DNA from: Eledone cirrhosa
Lineage: Eukaryota
DNA length: 64,000 bases
Direction of reading: 5' to 3'
NCBI GenBank assembly: GCA_964016885.1
Contig: OZ024743.1
Coordinates: forward strand, 265,608,001-265,672,000
Shown: one piece after another, positions 1 through 19,289 of the stretch
Numbering within the stretch: the first letter of the stretch is position 1
How the letters are laid out: every line of letters begins with the position of its first letter
The notes under the pieces: model-generated
The model's database searches: none
What the model was told of the DNA's origin: nothing
What the model saw: only the letters and a program-made list of their open reading frames with translations
Position numbers and translations under genes: made by a program

Positions 1-7
1 GTTTTAG

Positions 8-104
8 ATACTACTACCGAATGTTTAGAAACGAAAAACTTAACAGCGACTACGAGTTCTTGGCAACTCATTCAGTCTCCCGGATACTTCAGTAAATATG
101 CTAA
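8..104 (+). CDS. CUB-domain protein, exon A (internal exon, phase 1 to phase 2)
   Basis: ttttAG acceptor at 2-7 and GTAAGT donor at 105. Encodes TTTECLETKNLTATTSSWQLIQSPGYFSKYA, the CUB N-terminal C...I.SPGYP-like motif. The terminal AA joins the G of the next exon to make Lys. Confidence 0.85.
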
Positions 105-1096
105 GTAAGTTGTAAACCTTATTTCCTTCCACATTATGGACCACATTCTACCTATTTCCGATTTTTTTCTTATCTTTCGAAGCTACGATGAGCACAATCT
201 CAACACTGATATTCGTTTTTACATAATCTTATTGATATTTAAATATCTTATTTAACACAAATGACCATCGTTATATTTGATAATATGATATGACCTATGT
301 AGATATAGCTCCTCCTATTCTTTTCTCTTATTTTCATCCTCTTTATTAGATTAAACATGGCAGTTCTTTGTTCATAGCTAATTTTATGATTTTTTCTATT
401 TATTTTTATTTTATCGCTAAGGATGTACAATCGGGTTGTTGATTATAGGTTTCCAATAGATAAATCACTAGTTAAGTGCAGTGTGATCGTAAATTACATT
501 ATTTTCATTGTCGTTGTTTATAACATTTGTTTTTAAATATCGGTAGAAGATATAGCCCAAATGGAGCAGGCTTATGTTTAATGCCACCATGTCTGCTACA
601 ATGCCATCACTACTGTATTTATGTGAGTACATTATTTAAAGATGCCATGCTTTGTGAAAAATCGTACGATATGGTCTGGGGTAATTTCGTGGTTATTTCT
701 TTTATTTAAATTGTATTAGAATATGGTTTTAAAATTTAAACAAAAGCGTTCATTTGTCCTACTGCTTCTCTGGCAACTTCGACTAACTAGGTTAGGTTGA
801 CCTCAATATAAAAAGAAAAACGTACACAATAATCTATTTGTATTTCATTATAGATAATTTAGAATTTACAAAACCTAACTTTTACCATTGTCATCTATGG
901 ATATCATACCTTAAGACGGCGTCATATTCTATATAGGCACACGTTCACATCAAGGATTTGTAAGAAACAGACTTGTCATGAAGGCATCATTACATATTCT
1001 CGATTGTCTTACTACAGATTATACCATCCAGTTTTCAGTATTGTTTTACTTGGAGGAAACTTCAATAGATACAATACTCACACACCCATAACGACT

Positions 1097-1137
<41 letters not shown>

Positions 1138-1647
1138 TCACACACACACACACACGTATATATATATATATATATATATATACATCGTGTTTTCTTTTAG
1201 CCCTTTCATGATATTTTCGAATGCGGTTTAACTTTTAGAGTATGATTCATCCTTCCATGTATAACATGGGGTAAAGTAGCACCGCTTCATTATATCTTCT
1301 TGCCTCGAGATCGCAGGTTCATGAAGCTAATTCTTAACCCGGTTCCCGTGACGTGAGGTGCTGAAAGTATAAACTCCCTTCCCTGACAGAACGTCAGTCC
1401 AACGCAGGGTTAAACTCCCAGCAATTGCTAGTACGCATGTGCAACTGAAGAAACTGGAGCAAGCTGAAATTATACATACACACTCACACTTACATACACA
1501 CACACAATCACCCACACACATATAGATGTGAAACCAAATTTGCTATTTTTCTCCTGCATAATTGGGCATTTGAATAACACATTCAGCTTTTGATTGTCTT
1601 GCCATCCCATAATAATGTAGATCGCTTTATTTATTAATCTGTGTATG

Positions 1648-1705
<58 letters not shown>

Positions 1706-1707
<2 letters not shown>

Positions 1708-2477
1708 ATAAGTCAAAATGAATTTAATCTAAATCAAAATTATGGGTGTCATGCCAGAAAGGCATGCGCCATATTACCCGTAAAATAAGCTCCAAGATTC
1801 TAATGAATAGGTCCGAGCATTTTATAACAACTAGAAATTGATTAACATATAAATAAACATATGAAACAATCACAGGGGATAATGTTTACAAGTGTGTAAA
1901 CACACATAGCTAGGTACGTAACTAAATAAAGTTAACGAGAACTTCAAAAATAGATACCTTATAATATGAATAATTTTCCCTGTATATATTCCATTAAATA
2001 AATATATTTCACCAATTAATCCAATGGTAAACCACGGAGGCCGATACTTGGATTTTCATCAAGGAAGAAGACCAGCGATCTGTGTTTACGTATTAAGTTC
2101 AAATCAGCGACTGGCCAGTAACACGTGTTGTATCTACTAAAAATACACACATCATACCAGCTTCGTCCCAGTGGCGTGAATAGGGTTATCGACAACTAGA
2201 AACAGCAGTCAAGTCCTTCAGATCGCTGGACTTGTTCCTTGTTGAAAATCCAAGTGTCGGTCTCCGTGATTTACCATTCGATTAATTGGTGAAATATATT
2301 TCTTTAATGGAATATATACAGGGAACATTAATCATATGATAAGGTCACTATTTTTGAAGTTCTCGTTAACTTTAGTTAGTTACCTATCTGGCTATGTGTG
2401 CTTTCACACTTGTAAAAATTAACCCCTGTGATTGTTTCATATGTTTATTTATATGTTAATCAATTTCTAGTTGTTAT
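1706..2477. mobile_element. Fold-back element with ~255-bp inverted arms and a degenerate HHR-like core
   Basis: Arms ~1824-2082 and ~2219-2477 are reverse complements. The minus strand of the left arm reads ttccTTGATGAaaatccaa...ttggatt...GAAA. Flanked by (TA)n. Confidence 0.7.
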
Positions 2478-2516
2478 GTTATTAATTCTGGCAATATTAC
2501 ACATATATGACCCTCC

Positions 2517-6401
<3,885 letters not shown>

Positions 6402-8900
6402 ATACTCCTCCCAACAAGAGGCGAAAATGTCCAAGACCTCTGTTTTACAAACAACGAAGTGCTCATCCACAATGTAAAGTTGACACCAACAATTCTCTCG
6501 GATCATAACTTGGTAGAGCTAATGATATGTGGTCCGAGAAAACCAACAGAGACAAAACCACCAAGAAGCTCCGGGACGCTATCCAGCCTTAACTTCTACG
6601 GGGCTGACTGGAAGAAGATTAAGAGTGAAATCCGGAAGCAAACATGGAGTGCAAACATCGCCACACAAGACACTAACACACAATTTCAACACTTCATGAC
6701 AACGATACACACCATATGCAAAAAGTGTGTCCCGGAGAAAGAGGCAAACAGACACAAAAATCTTATTCCCAGAGATAGGAAAATCCTTATGAGACGTAGA
6801 ACTAAACTCTCAAACTAGTTGAATAGTCAACAAAACCAAAACAAGAAGGAATCCTATTTGAAACGTGCACTACTTGACACCGAGATTGCACTCAAGCTTT
6901 CACATGAGAATGAGAGGGCAAGGAAAGAGAACAGGGCCATATAAAACATTAAAACAAACCCTAAGGCCTTCTTTAAATTTGCAAAAGAAACTGCCTCAGT
7001 ACACTGCAAGATTGGACCACTCTTCCACACGGACGGTTCATTAACCGAAAATCCCCAAGAGATATGTGAAATACTGAACGAACAGTACAAAAGTGTCTTC
7101 ACATGTCCACTGAGGCACATGCAAATAACGAAGCCAGAGGAGTTCTTTGATGCCACAACACTACATCAAGAAATGGCGACCATCAACCACATAGACATAA
7201 CGGAGGAGGATGTGGTGTACGCCATTGATGAAATTAGAACAGACTCGGCTGCTGGACCTGATGGATTCCCAGCAGTTCTCCTAAAAATATGTAAGCGGGC
7301 CTTAGCAACTCCACTGAAGATGCTCTTCAGAAGCTCCTTGGCTAGCGGTGTACTACCCAGGGAGCTGAAAGAAGGCACAATATGCCCTATCCATAAAGGA
7401 GGTAGTAGAGCGGAGGCCAAGAACTATAGGCCAGTCTCCCTGACGTCGCATATCAGTAAGGTCATGGAGCGAGTCGTCAGAAAGAAACTAATCACTTTCC
7501 TCGAAGAAAATGACCGCCTGACTAGCACGCAACATGGCTTCCGCCCAGGAAGAAGCTGCCTTACACAGCTGCTACATCACTACGACTGGGTACTGAGACA
7601 GCTACTAGACAGCTCACATGTAAACGTGATATATCTTGACTTTGCGAAGGCCTTTGACAAGGTCGACCACGGAATGATATGTCACAAACTACACGGACTC
7701 GGCATAACTGGAAAAGTATGTGAGTGGCTGCATGGCTTCCTGAGGGACAGAAGCCAGGCAGTCGCAGCAAATGGGGCCCTCTCGAGGGAAACACCGATAA
7801 CAAGTGGGGTGCCTCAGGGGACAGTCCTGGGACCACTACTGTTTTTGGTGGCTCTCTCGGACATGCCCTCTGTGGTGCATGCAACAACATCCCTCACTAG
7901 CTATGCTGATGACACTAAGGTAGCACAGGCAATCAAAAACCCGGCTGACGCTGCCCTCTTACAGCAGGATCTGGATGCCATATACAGATGGGCGGAAGAA
8001 AACAACATGCAGTTTAATGCTGGCAAATTCCAAGCCCTACAATACAAACCTGCAAACACAAACACAAATATAGCGGAACACAGCTATACAGGACCAGGAG
8101 GGACCGATATCCCCGTGTCAAAATCGATACGAGACCTGGGCATAGACATGAGCGATGATGCATCTTTTTCTTCACACATCATGAAGGTGGCGACAGCATG
8201 TAGACGATTCGCTGGCTGGATCTTGAGGACTTTCCTTACAAGAGATCGAGACACCATGTTGACACTGTGGAGGACTTTTGTCCTAAGCCGCCTGGACTAC
8301 TGCTCCCAGCTGTGGTCACCCCATAGTGTCAAACTAACCACAGAGCTTGAGGCAATCCAGCGAAGCTACACCAAGAGGATTGCCAAGATGAGGGAGACAA
8401 GCTACTGGGAGAGGCTGAAGGAACTGAACCTCTACTCCTTGGAGCGAAGACGGGAGAGATACGCAGTGATCTACATGTGGAAAATCCTGGAGGGACTAGC
8501 ACCAAACTTTGGCATTGGGAGCTGGACCAACCGTCGAACAGGACGTCACTGTGTGGTGCCAAAGGTCCCGTCTTCCACATCTAGAATAAGGAGCAGGTAT
8601 TGCAATAGCCTGGGATTCAAGGGCCCTCAACTCTTCAACAGGCTGCCGAGGCATCTGCGAGACTTGCATGACGTGGAGGTGGATGTCTTTAAGAAACATC
8701 TCGACACCTTGTTATCCAGGATCCCGGATGAGCCCACAGCAAGACACGAGGGAAACCTAAGGGCAGCTGCAACAAACTCCCTCCTACACCAGTGGCCAAC
8801 CTATACAGGCTGGAGATAAAGTGTGTAGCAGTAAGGGCGGTGCCCCAACATGGCCTCAGCCGGATGGCTGAAACAGGTAAAAGAGTAAAAGAGTAAAAGA

Positions 8901-8901
<1 letters not shown>
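6402..8901 (+). mobile_element. 5'-truncated non-LTR retrotransposon (CR1/L2-group-like; exact clade not determined)
   Basis: End of the APE endonuclease domain (DLCFTN...LSDHNL), then RT. One frame with stops at 6816 and 6942. (GTAAAAGA)n tail at 8877-8901. (TA)n on both sides. Confidence 0.9.
7119..8819 (+). CDS. LINE ORF2 reverse transcriptase (open remnant, 566 aa)
   Basis: Motifs NYRPVSLTS, QHGFRPGRSC, YLDFAKAFDKVDH, GVPQGTVLGP, YADD, LDYCSQLWSP. Confidence 0.9.
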   Translation: MQITKPEEFFDATTLHQEMATINHIDITEEDVVYAIDEIRTDSAAGPDGFPAVLLKICKRALATPLKMLFRSSLASGVLPRELKEGTICPIHKGGSRAEAKNYRPVSLTSHISKVMERVVRKKLITFLEENDRLTSTQHGFRPGRSCLTQLLHHYDWVLRQLLDSSHVNVIYLDFAKAFDKVDHGMICHKLHGLGITGKVCEWLHGFLRDRSQAVAANGALSRETPITSGVPQGTVLGPLLFLVALSDMPSVVHATTSLTSYADDTKVAQAIKNPADAALLQQDLDAIYRWAEENNMQFNAGKFQALQYKPANTNTNIAEHSYTGPGGTDIPVSKSIRDLGIDMSDDASFSSHIMKVATACRRFAGWILRTFLTRDRDTMLTLWRTFVLSRLDYCSQLWSPHSVKLTTELEAIQRSYTKRIAKMRETSYWERLKELNLYSLERRRERYAVIYMWKILEGLAPNFGIGSWTNRRTGRHCVVPKVPSSTSRIRSRYCNSLGFKGPQLFNRLPRHLRDLHDVEVDVFKKHLDTLLSRIPDEPTARHEGNLRAAATNSLLHQWPTYTGWR

Positions 8902-8959
<58 letters not shown>

Positions 8960-9010
8960 TATATATATATATATATATATATATGAATATATATATATAT
9001 ATATGAATAT

Positions 9011-9148
9011 AACGAAGGAAATGTGGTAAGGAACCAGGTGGACCATAACGCACCAAAGTACTCAATACTTGAGGTAGTAGAGTGGGTAATAGGAACCAGT
9101 AAGACCCCGACAGCTGAGCTCAGCTGTCGGGGTCTTACTGGTTCCTAT
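9011..9148 (-). mobile_element. Short element ending in a perfect 60-bp palindrome; same family as 41623-41833
   Basis: 9089-9148 is ataggaaccagtaagaccccgacagctgag|ctcagctgtcggggtcttactggttcctat. 9011-9088 is the reverse complement of ~41757-41833. Confidence 0.8.
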
Positions 9149-9151
9149 ATA

Positions 9152-9247
<96 letters not shown>

Positions 9248-9287
9248 TATATATATATATATATGAATATATATATATATATATATA

Positions 9288-9359
<72 letters not shown>

Positions 9360-9423
9360 CAAATTTCGTTTCGTTTGTAACTCACTTTTGTATGACTGAC
9401 GCTTATATACATATATATATATA

Positions 9424-9472
<49 letters not shown>

Positions 9473-9473
<1 letters not shown>

Positions 9474-9585
9474 TCTATCTATCTAAGGCGGGTAAAATTC
9501 CCGAGATCCATGGACGAGTTCTCTCCAGCGGTCTCTGTCCCTCATTATCGCTGCCATATCCTGCATCTCCAACAGACCAGGTTAA
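9473..9585 (-). mobile_element. RTE-family LINE 3' terminal fragment
   Basis: Reverse complement of the 3' end at ~40445-40545. (TAGA)n tail. Confidence 0.65.
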
Positions 9586-9592
9586 CATATAC

Positions 9593-9641
<49 letters not shown>

Positions 9642-9642
9642 C

Positions 9643-9703
<61 letters not shown>

Positions 9704-9804
9704 TATATATATATATATATATATGGGACTGTTATTAATTCTGGCAATATTACACAAATATGACCCTCCCCATATATATATATATATATATATATATTCA
9801 TATA

Positions 9805-9943
<139 letters not shown>

Positions 9944-10073
9944 GGAGGGTCATATTCGTGTAATATTGCCAGAATTACTAACAGAACACACTCACTGTTT
10001 GGTTGGTTTTCGCTTCTCGCTGTCTTTTATATCTGCGATCTAACTTAATCGGTCCTCATATATATATATATAT

Positions 10074-13078
<3,005 letters not shown>

Positions 13079-13596
13079 TTATATATTTATATATATATAT
13101 ACAATACAATAACAGAGAAAGCCTTAAGCTATACTCTGACTGGCTACCATCTCACTCAACAAACATTAGGATATACATTAGTATAATCCCAATTTTATGT
13201 TTGGGGTGCTAACTATATGTATTTTGTGGAAAGCCAGTTGTATTATTTTATATGAGATATAATTAAAATTAAAATATATCTCTCTTTCCAAACAATTGTT
13301 TCATTATAAGTTTTCTACAAGTTGGGAGAATGTGTCCGGTTTATGTAGAAGCCTGCATATTTTTCTGTAAGAACACATGCAGGTGGGCACTTATAAATCA
13401 TCAGTGGATGCCCGTCAAACATTGATATAAGAAAAAATCTTTTACCGCTGTCAGTTATCGTGTCAGCTAATTGTCCCTCCACGCATCATGATGACCGCCA
13501 AATTTGAAATTCCAGCAGTCTCAGAATGAGGAATTTCACAGCGTCACGAAGCAGAAAAGGGAGGCAATCGCGAAACACAAGAAAGTAAAATAATTT

Positions 13597-13860
<264 letters not shown>

Positions 13861-13943
13861 GCGACCGATAGTTAGTATTAGCAATTGGAAAGACCAACGG
13901 AAACATTGTTCCCTCGGTCCGATTTCACGAAAGTCGATCGTTC

Positions 13944-14023
<80 letters not shown>

Positions 14024-15567
14024 CGTGTGTGTCTATGTATCTATGCATATTTTAAGTGTTAACTCGAATACAGCGTTAAAAAAATACAGTTATTTAGAAC
14101 CAAATTTATTGCTTAGAAACGTGGCGATAACTTTTTTCCTCTGTAATTTCTCAGTGTGTCAAATTGTAGTTTTAAATAGCTTCATCATAAATTCATTGCA
14201 GACTTTAAGTGTCTAAATTTTAATAGAGAAAAGCTGTTTTCCTAGCTTTTATCCCGCTTCAATTAGAGGACAGCTAATTTGTTTAATTGATCTGACTCAG
14301 GTGTTGTTCAAACTGAGGTGTCACCGTTTATGACATTAGAAACCCATCATCATGTGCCAAATTTAAAATGCAACATCAGACACCGTAAAACATTTCGTTT
14401 GCTGCTCTGGGAATCCCACCGATCCACAGTCGTGGGCTTCCACATTCCTGGGCTGGTGCTTGTTTTATTTATCATTACAAAATATGAATAGCAAATGTGA
14501 TTGAGGCGATATATTAAAATTAGAATGCCAAGACCTGGAACAAATAATTCGAGGAATGTTATCCTGTGCTCTATTTCACCTGTTTATCAGGAAAATATTA
14601 ATTAATTGTAAAAATCTATATCTGTATTAATTGTAAAACTTAATATACGCATTGATTAATTATGTCACTTATTATTGAATTAGAAGCAAGGCAATGTTTT
14701 GTTGTGAATATATATATAACCACATGGATGTACTCTGATATATTATCGATTTATAAGGTGGTTGATTTTCTGAATCGTTAGAGCGTTGGATAGAATAAGG
14801 TTGTGATAGTTGTTCCTGCTCTCTTCGCTCTGTATTCACGATGCACCGGAGCGCATAGTGAAATTTTTTGTGTTGAAACCGAAAACGAAATACCGGTGTT
14901 TGTATAATAAGCCCTTTCAGAGTATGCATTCCGGTTATTCCGCTATATATGTAAGCATGTGTGGTTTCGTAACTACAACCTTTTGGATTCAATCCCACTG
15001 CAGTTTATTTTATGTAGACGATTGTAATGTCTTTAACAGTAGCTTAGGTTGACATTTCGTAGACGGAATTAGTAGAGAAACCCGTCGAAGGGATCTTTAT
15101 TATTCTTGTATAGTAGATTTAATACGACAGCCAGTTTAACACCACCACTGTATCATTCTGAGCATTGAGTAGCGTAAACACTTAGGCAAGTATTGGTATG
15201 AGGTGCCTAATCTGAAGTGAAAATGTTAATGCTCCTGGATTTATAATTATATTTAAGAACAAAGGTCAAATATAACGGTGTTAAAATGGAATTGAAACCT
15301 ATTCGTAATATCATGTTAAACAGATCTTGTCACTTGTCCGATTGTCCTGACCATATTAATTACTATATTATTATATAGCTATAACAGCTGCAGCTTCGCA
15401 ATATCGACATATTCACTAGGAATTGTATTATATTAGCTTCCTGTTTCTATAACTGTGTTAGGTAGCCAGTGCAAGCTACATTTTAAAAAGACATCAATTT
15501 AGAAGTTTGTAATATAAACAGGAGGCATAAATCGACTACTAAAAGGTCTGTATTACTATATATATAT

Positions 15568-15603
<36 letters not shown>

Positions 15604-16009
15604 TATATATGGGGGAAAGGCTATGGAGTAAATGTAATTAGTTTGAAATATAATCCGAGATCTTATCCGAGTCATTCGTTTTCATTTGGAACTATTTACA
15701 TGTGACTGCCATACTTAAAGACTGAGTGTTTAGAGTATGAGAATATTAATGTTTCCGAGCTAATGCTGATCAAGCAAATGATTCGTATATTTGTAATTAT
15801 TATACTTAGAAATGTGTTGACACAGGTATCACTCGGTGGTGTTAATCAACAGCAAATTAGCACTTTATTTATCTTGTTCAAGTAATAAATGCTTACTTTG
15901 TCACACAGTCAAAAAGATGTAAGAGGATTGTATCGTGCCTATGTGGGGAACGCGTTTACCCCACAGCGGAGGGTGTGAAGGGCTGTAATAATTGCTAACG
16001 TTTATGTCA

Positions 16010-17965
16010 ACTTCACTAATTGCTTATTACAATATTTTCTCGATCCTGTAGAGATGAAAGGCTTAACATAACCTTGCAGGAGATGAATGCAAAATTTAAG
16101 CGAATAATAAACTATATATTGACTACACATTTTTAGGGTGTAATTAGTCGATTAACTCACTCCTGGTATTTGACTTGTACTTCATTCTATCGACAGAGAA
16201 AGCATGACAGACAAATTTAAAGTCAATGGGTTTGGAATCAGAATTTAAAGAGGTATACTGTTACACATTCTGTAAGATGATGTAATGATTCTCCAATCCA
16301 TTACTCTAATAATTGTTTCTACTTTTGGCACAAGGCCAGCAATTACCCAGTACATTACTGGTACTTTATTTTATCGACCCCGTAAGGATGAAAGGCAAAG
16401 TTAACCTCGGCGCGATTTGAACTCAGAATGGCAAGGGGCGTAACTCTATGCGTAAAAGCATGGCGTCCGACGCTCTACCGATACTGCCAATCCATATAAT
16501 AATGTCTAGCATAGCTACGCAGATCTGTCAACACTCTCTGTCCGACGGGGAGATCTCCCACACAATATGGGATGGGTGAAAGATGACATCTCTTGTGAAA
16601 ATGGGTATAGCTTTCATTATGTAAAATCTCCCATTCTGTCTAATTTCTCTTTGTTTTAGGGGCCTTTTTTTTCATAGTACTCCCCCGTTTGAGCGTTTAG
16701 AGGGTGGCAGCTATGAATACTAGATAACAAAATCGTAAAAGAATGGGAGTATTTGAATAGTCCATTTATAGATCTTTATGTTATTGGCCCCTGAATGTTC
16801 ATTTCCCGACATATGTACAGTAAACATTTTCCTTAGATTCTGCTCTTTTGTGTGAAAATATTAATGTATGTTCCATTGTATTGTTATGTGATGAACTATA
16901 TTGTGTATTTTGTTTCGTTGGTCTCAAAGTCAGGTTTATGGTTGTCTAGCTGAATGCATGCAGCTGTTTAGTATACATATTGTGTTAGTTATAGGTGTTG
17001 GTGTGTCTGATAGCGGTTACATATATGCCATTCACCACCTGATTATTTAATTTTTTCTATATTTGGCACAAAGTCAGTAGTTTATATGGAAGAGAAACGT
17101 CGATTGAATCGAATCTAGTGTTTTATTGTTGTTACTGTATCGACCCCGTAAGGAGAAAATCTAATCTCTACAAATGTTTATGCAGACGTGATGAGACGTA
17201 ACCTGTCACAACACATTTTGTACGCCATATACCGATACAGACAAAAACGCCTACTATAAATAATGATTTCTAGTATAGGGACAAGGCCAGTAATTTGGGG
17301 GTCGATTAAATTGACCCCAGTACGTTACTAGTGCTTTATTTTACCGACCCCGTAAGGATGAAAGGCAAATTTAACCTTGGCGTGATTTCAACTCAGACCG
17401 TAAAGGACCGTCACTCTATGCTGCAAAGCATGGTGTCCGACTCTCAACCGATACTGCCAATCCACCGCACTAAAGCTTACTATAAATAATAACTGTTAGC
17501 ATCGTTGTTATAATAACGGTTTCTAATAAACACAAGGGCATCAACTGCTGGGAGAGGGGAGAGTCGATTAAATCACCCAGTACGTTAATGCTACTCTATT
17601 TTATCGACTCCGTAAAGACGAAAGCCAAAAGATGAATTCAAAATGTAAATGAACATAGCTATATGCTGCATAACATGTCGTTCGACACTCTACCAACCCT
17701 GCTAAACCCACATTCTACTAATAATAACTGTGGCCGGCGTTGAAAAAATAATAATAATTTCTACTTTAGGCACAAGGAAAGCAATTTTTGGGGAGGGGAA
17801 AAGTTGATTAAATCGAACCAGTGCATTACTGGTGCTTTATTTGATCAAACCTGTAAGGATGAAAGGCAAAGCTAAACTCGGTGGGATTTGAACTAAGTAT
17901 GTAAATGGACGTAGCTATATGCCACAAAGCATGTTGTCCGACGCTCTACCGATACTGCTACAACC
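16010..17965 (-). mobile_element. Cluster of ~7 co-oriented tRNA-derived SINE copies
   Basis: Repeated ggcacaaggccagcaatt...ggtactttattttatcgaccccgtaaggatgaaaggcaaag..gatttgaactcag. Best copies at 16313-16493, 17265-17468, 17515-17710 and 17755-17960. B box GAGTTCAAATC on the minus strand. Confidence 0.85.
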
Positions 17966-18157
17966 TCATACTACTAATTATAAGTGTGGCCGTCGTTTTC
18001 ATAATAACAATTATCATCATCAATGAACATCATCGTCCTTGACATCATTAATACCATTACCATCATCATCAACACCATCATCATTTAATGTCGTGAATGT
18101 GTGTATTCATGTTATATCCCGTATTCAGTATTTCACCTTTACAACTCTGTGTTTCAG

Positions 18158-18282
18158 GAATATGTCTTGCAGTTGGCTAATCTATGCGGGAGACCCGAAT
18201 TATTCGCTGCAAGTTGATTGGCAACGAGTTGATATCGAATACAGCTTAGGTTGTTACAAAGATTTCGTACAGATCTACCGCG
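18158..18282 (+). CDS. CUB-domain protein, exon B
   Basis: tgtgtttcAG acceptor and GTATGT donor at 18283. Encodes NMSCSWLIYAGDPNYSLQVDWQRVDIEYSLGCYKDFVQIYR (CUB C.W.I...DIE...C..D.V.I). Phases match exons A and C. Confidence 0.9.
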
Positions 18283-19289
18283 GTATGTATTCACTCACCT
18301 TTCGCATTCACATCGTCAAATTTGTTTAGGAAATCGCCGGACCGGCGAATCGTTTACAGCGTCGATTAGAATCCATTACAACAAAAGTTTCAATTCTCTA
18401 TACAAGTTCAATTCGTTTAACTATATACCCTAAGAGTCTAGAAAAAAATCCATAGAAGAATTGTCAACATCATTAGTCCTGACTTATCATGTCTGCTTCG
18501 ATCCCTATTGCCCCGACGAAATGATGCCTCTCTTGATGTTTCTATAAATGTTTTCATGGGAAATGTTCTGGTGAACATTCTTCTCTGTTGCCACTTCTTC
18601 AGGACTTTGAACATATCACCAAATTTGAGGCTAGCTTTCATCCATATACATTTCAAGTTCCTAAATGCTATCGCAAATTCCATTCTGATAGTTTCTTCGT
18701 TTCCACATCTCGTCTAAGGAAATGTCTTCCAGTTTCTTGCTTTCCTGACCACTATAATGTTCAATAATGCAAAAGCAACATCAATCATCATATCTCTACT
18801 TGTATTATGTTCTTACTGTTATCACTTGCATTTGAGTGGCTCAATTGCCTTGCTTGGAGAAAAAAAAAAAAAAAAACACAAATCCCACGCGCTTTACTTC
18901 CAAATTTCAGTAGTTTTAGTTTTACACATCATGTAGCATTTAGTTGCACAACCTCCTTTGTCAATTTTAATAAAACTGTTAAAAGTTATATCAAATTTAG
19001 CAACTTACACTATGCACTATCTTTATTTGCCCGTGATAACATGAAATCGTCTATTATTGCAACATTTAAGTCAACTAGTAACAACGTGATATACATATAC
19101 AATTGAATGAATCTGCTAGTTCACCTATCTATGTTCATTCTCAAGCGGGTGGAATTTTATGAATCAGATATATATATATTTTTTCATTCATTATTCTCGA
19201 TGTTTTCATTTTATAAAGTTGTGAATTGATACTTTACCAGGGTCTGGCTTTGACGTGTTGCAGGGTCTTGTGTGTTCTGTAAATCTGAG

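Noticed and set aside
1262-1470. Possible old antisense SINE fragment
   Set aside because: Only a vague resemblance, with no second copy in the window.
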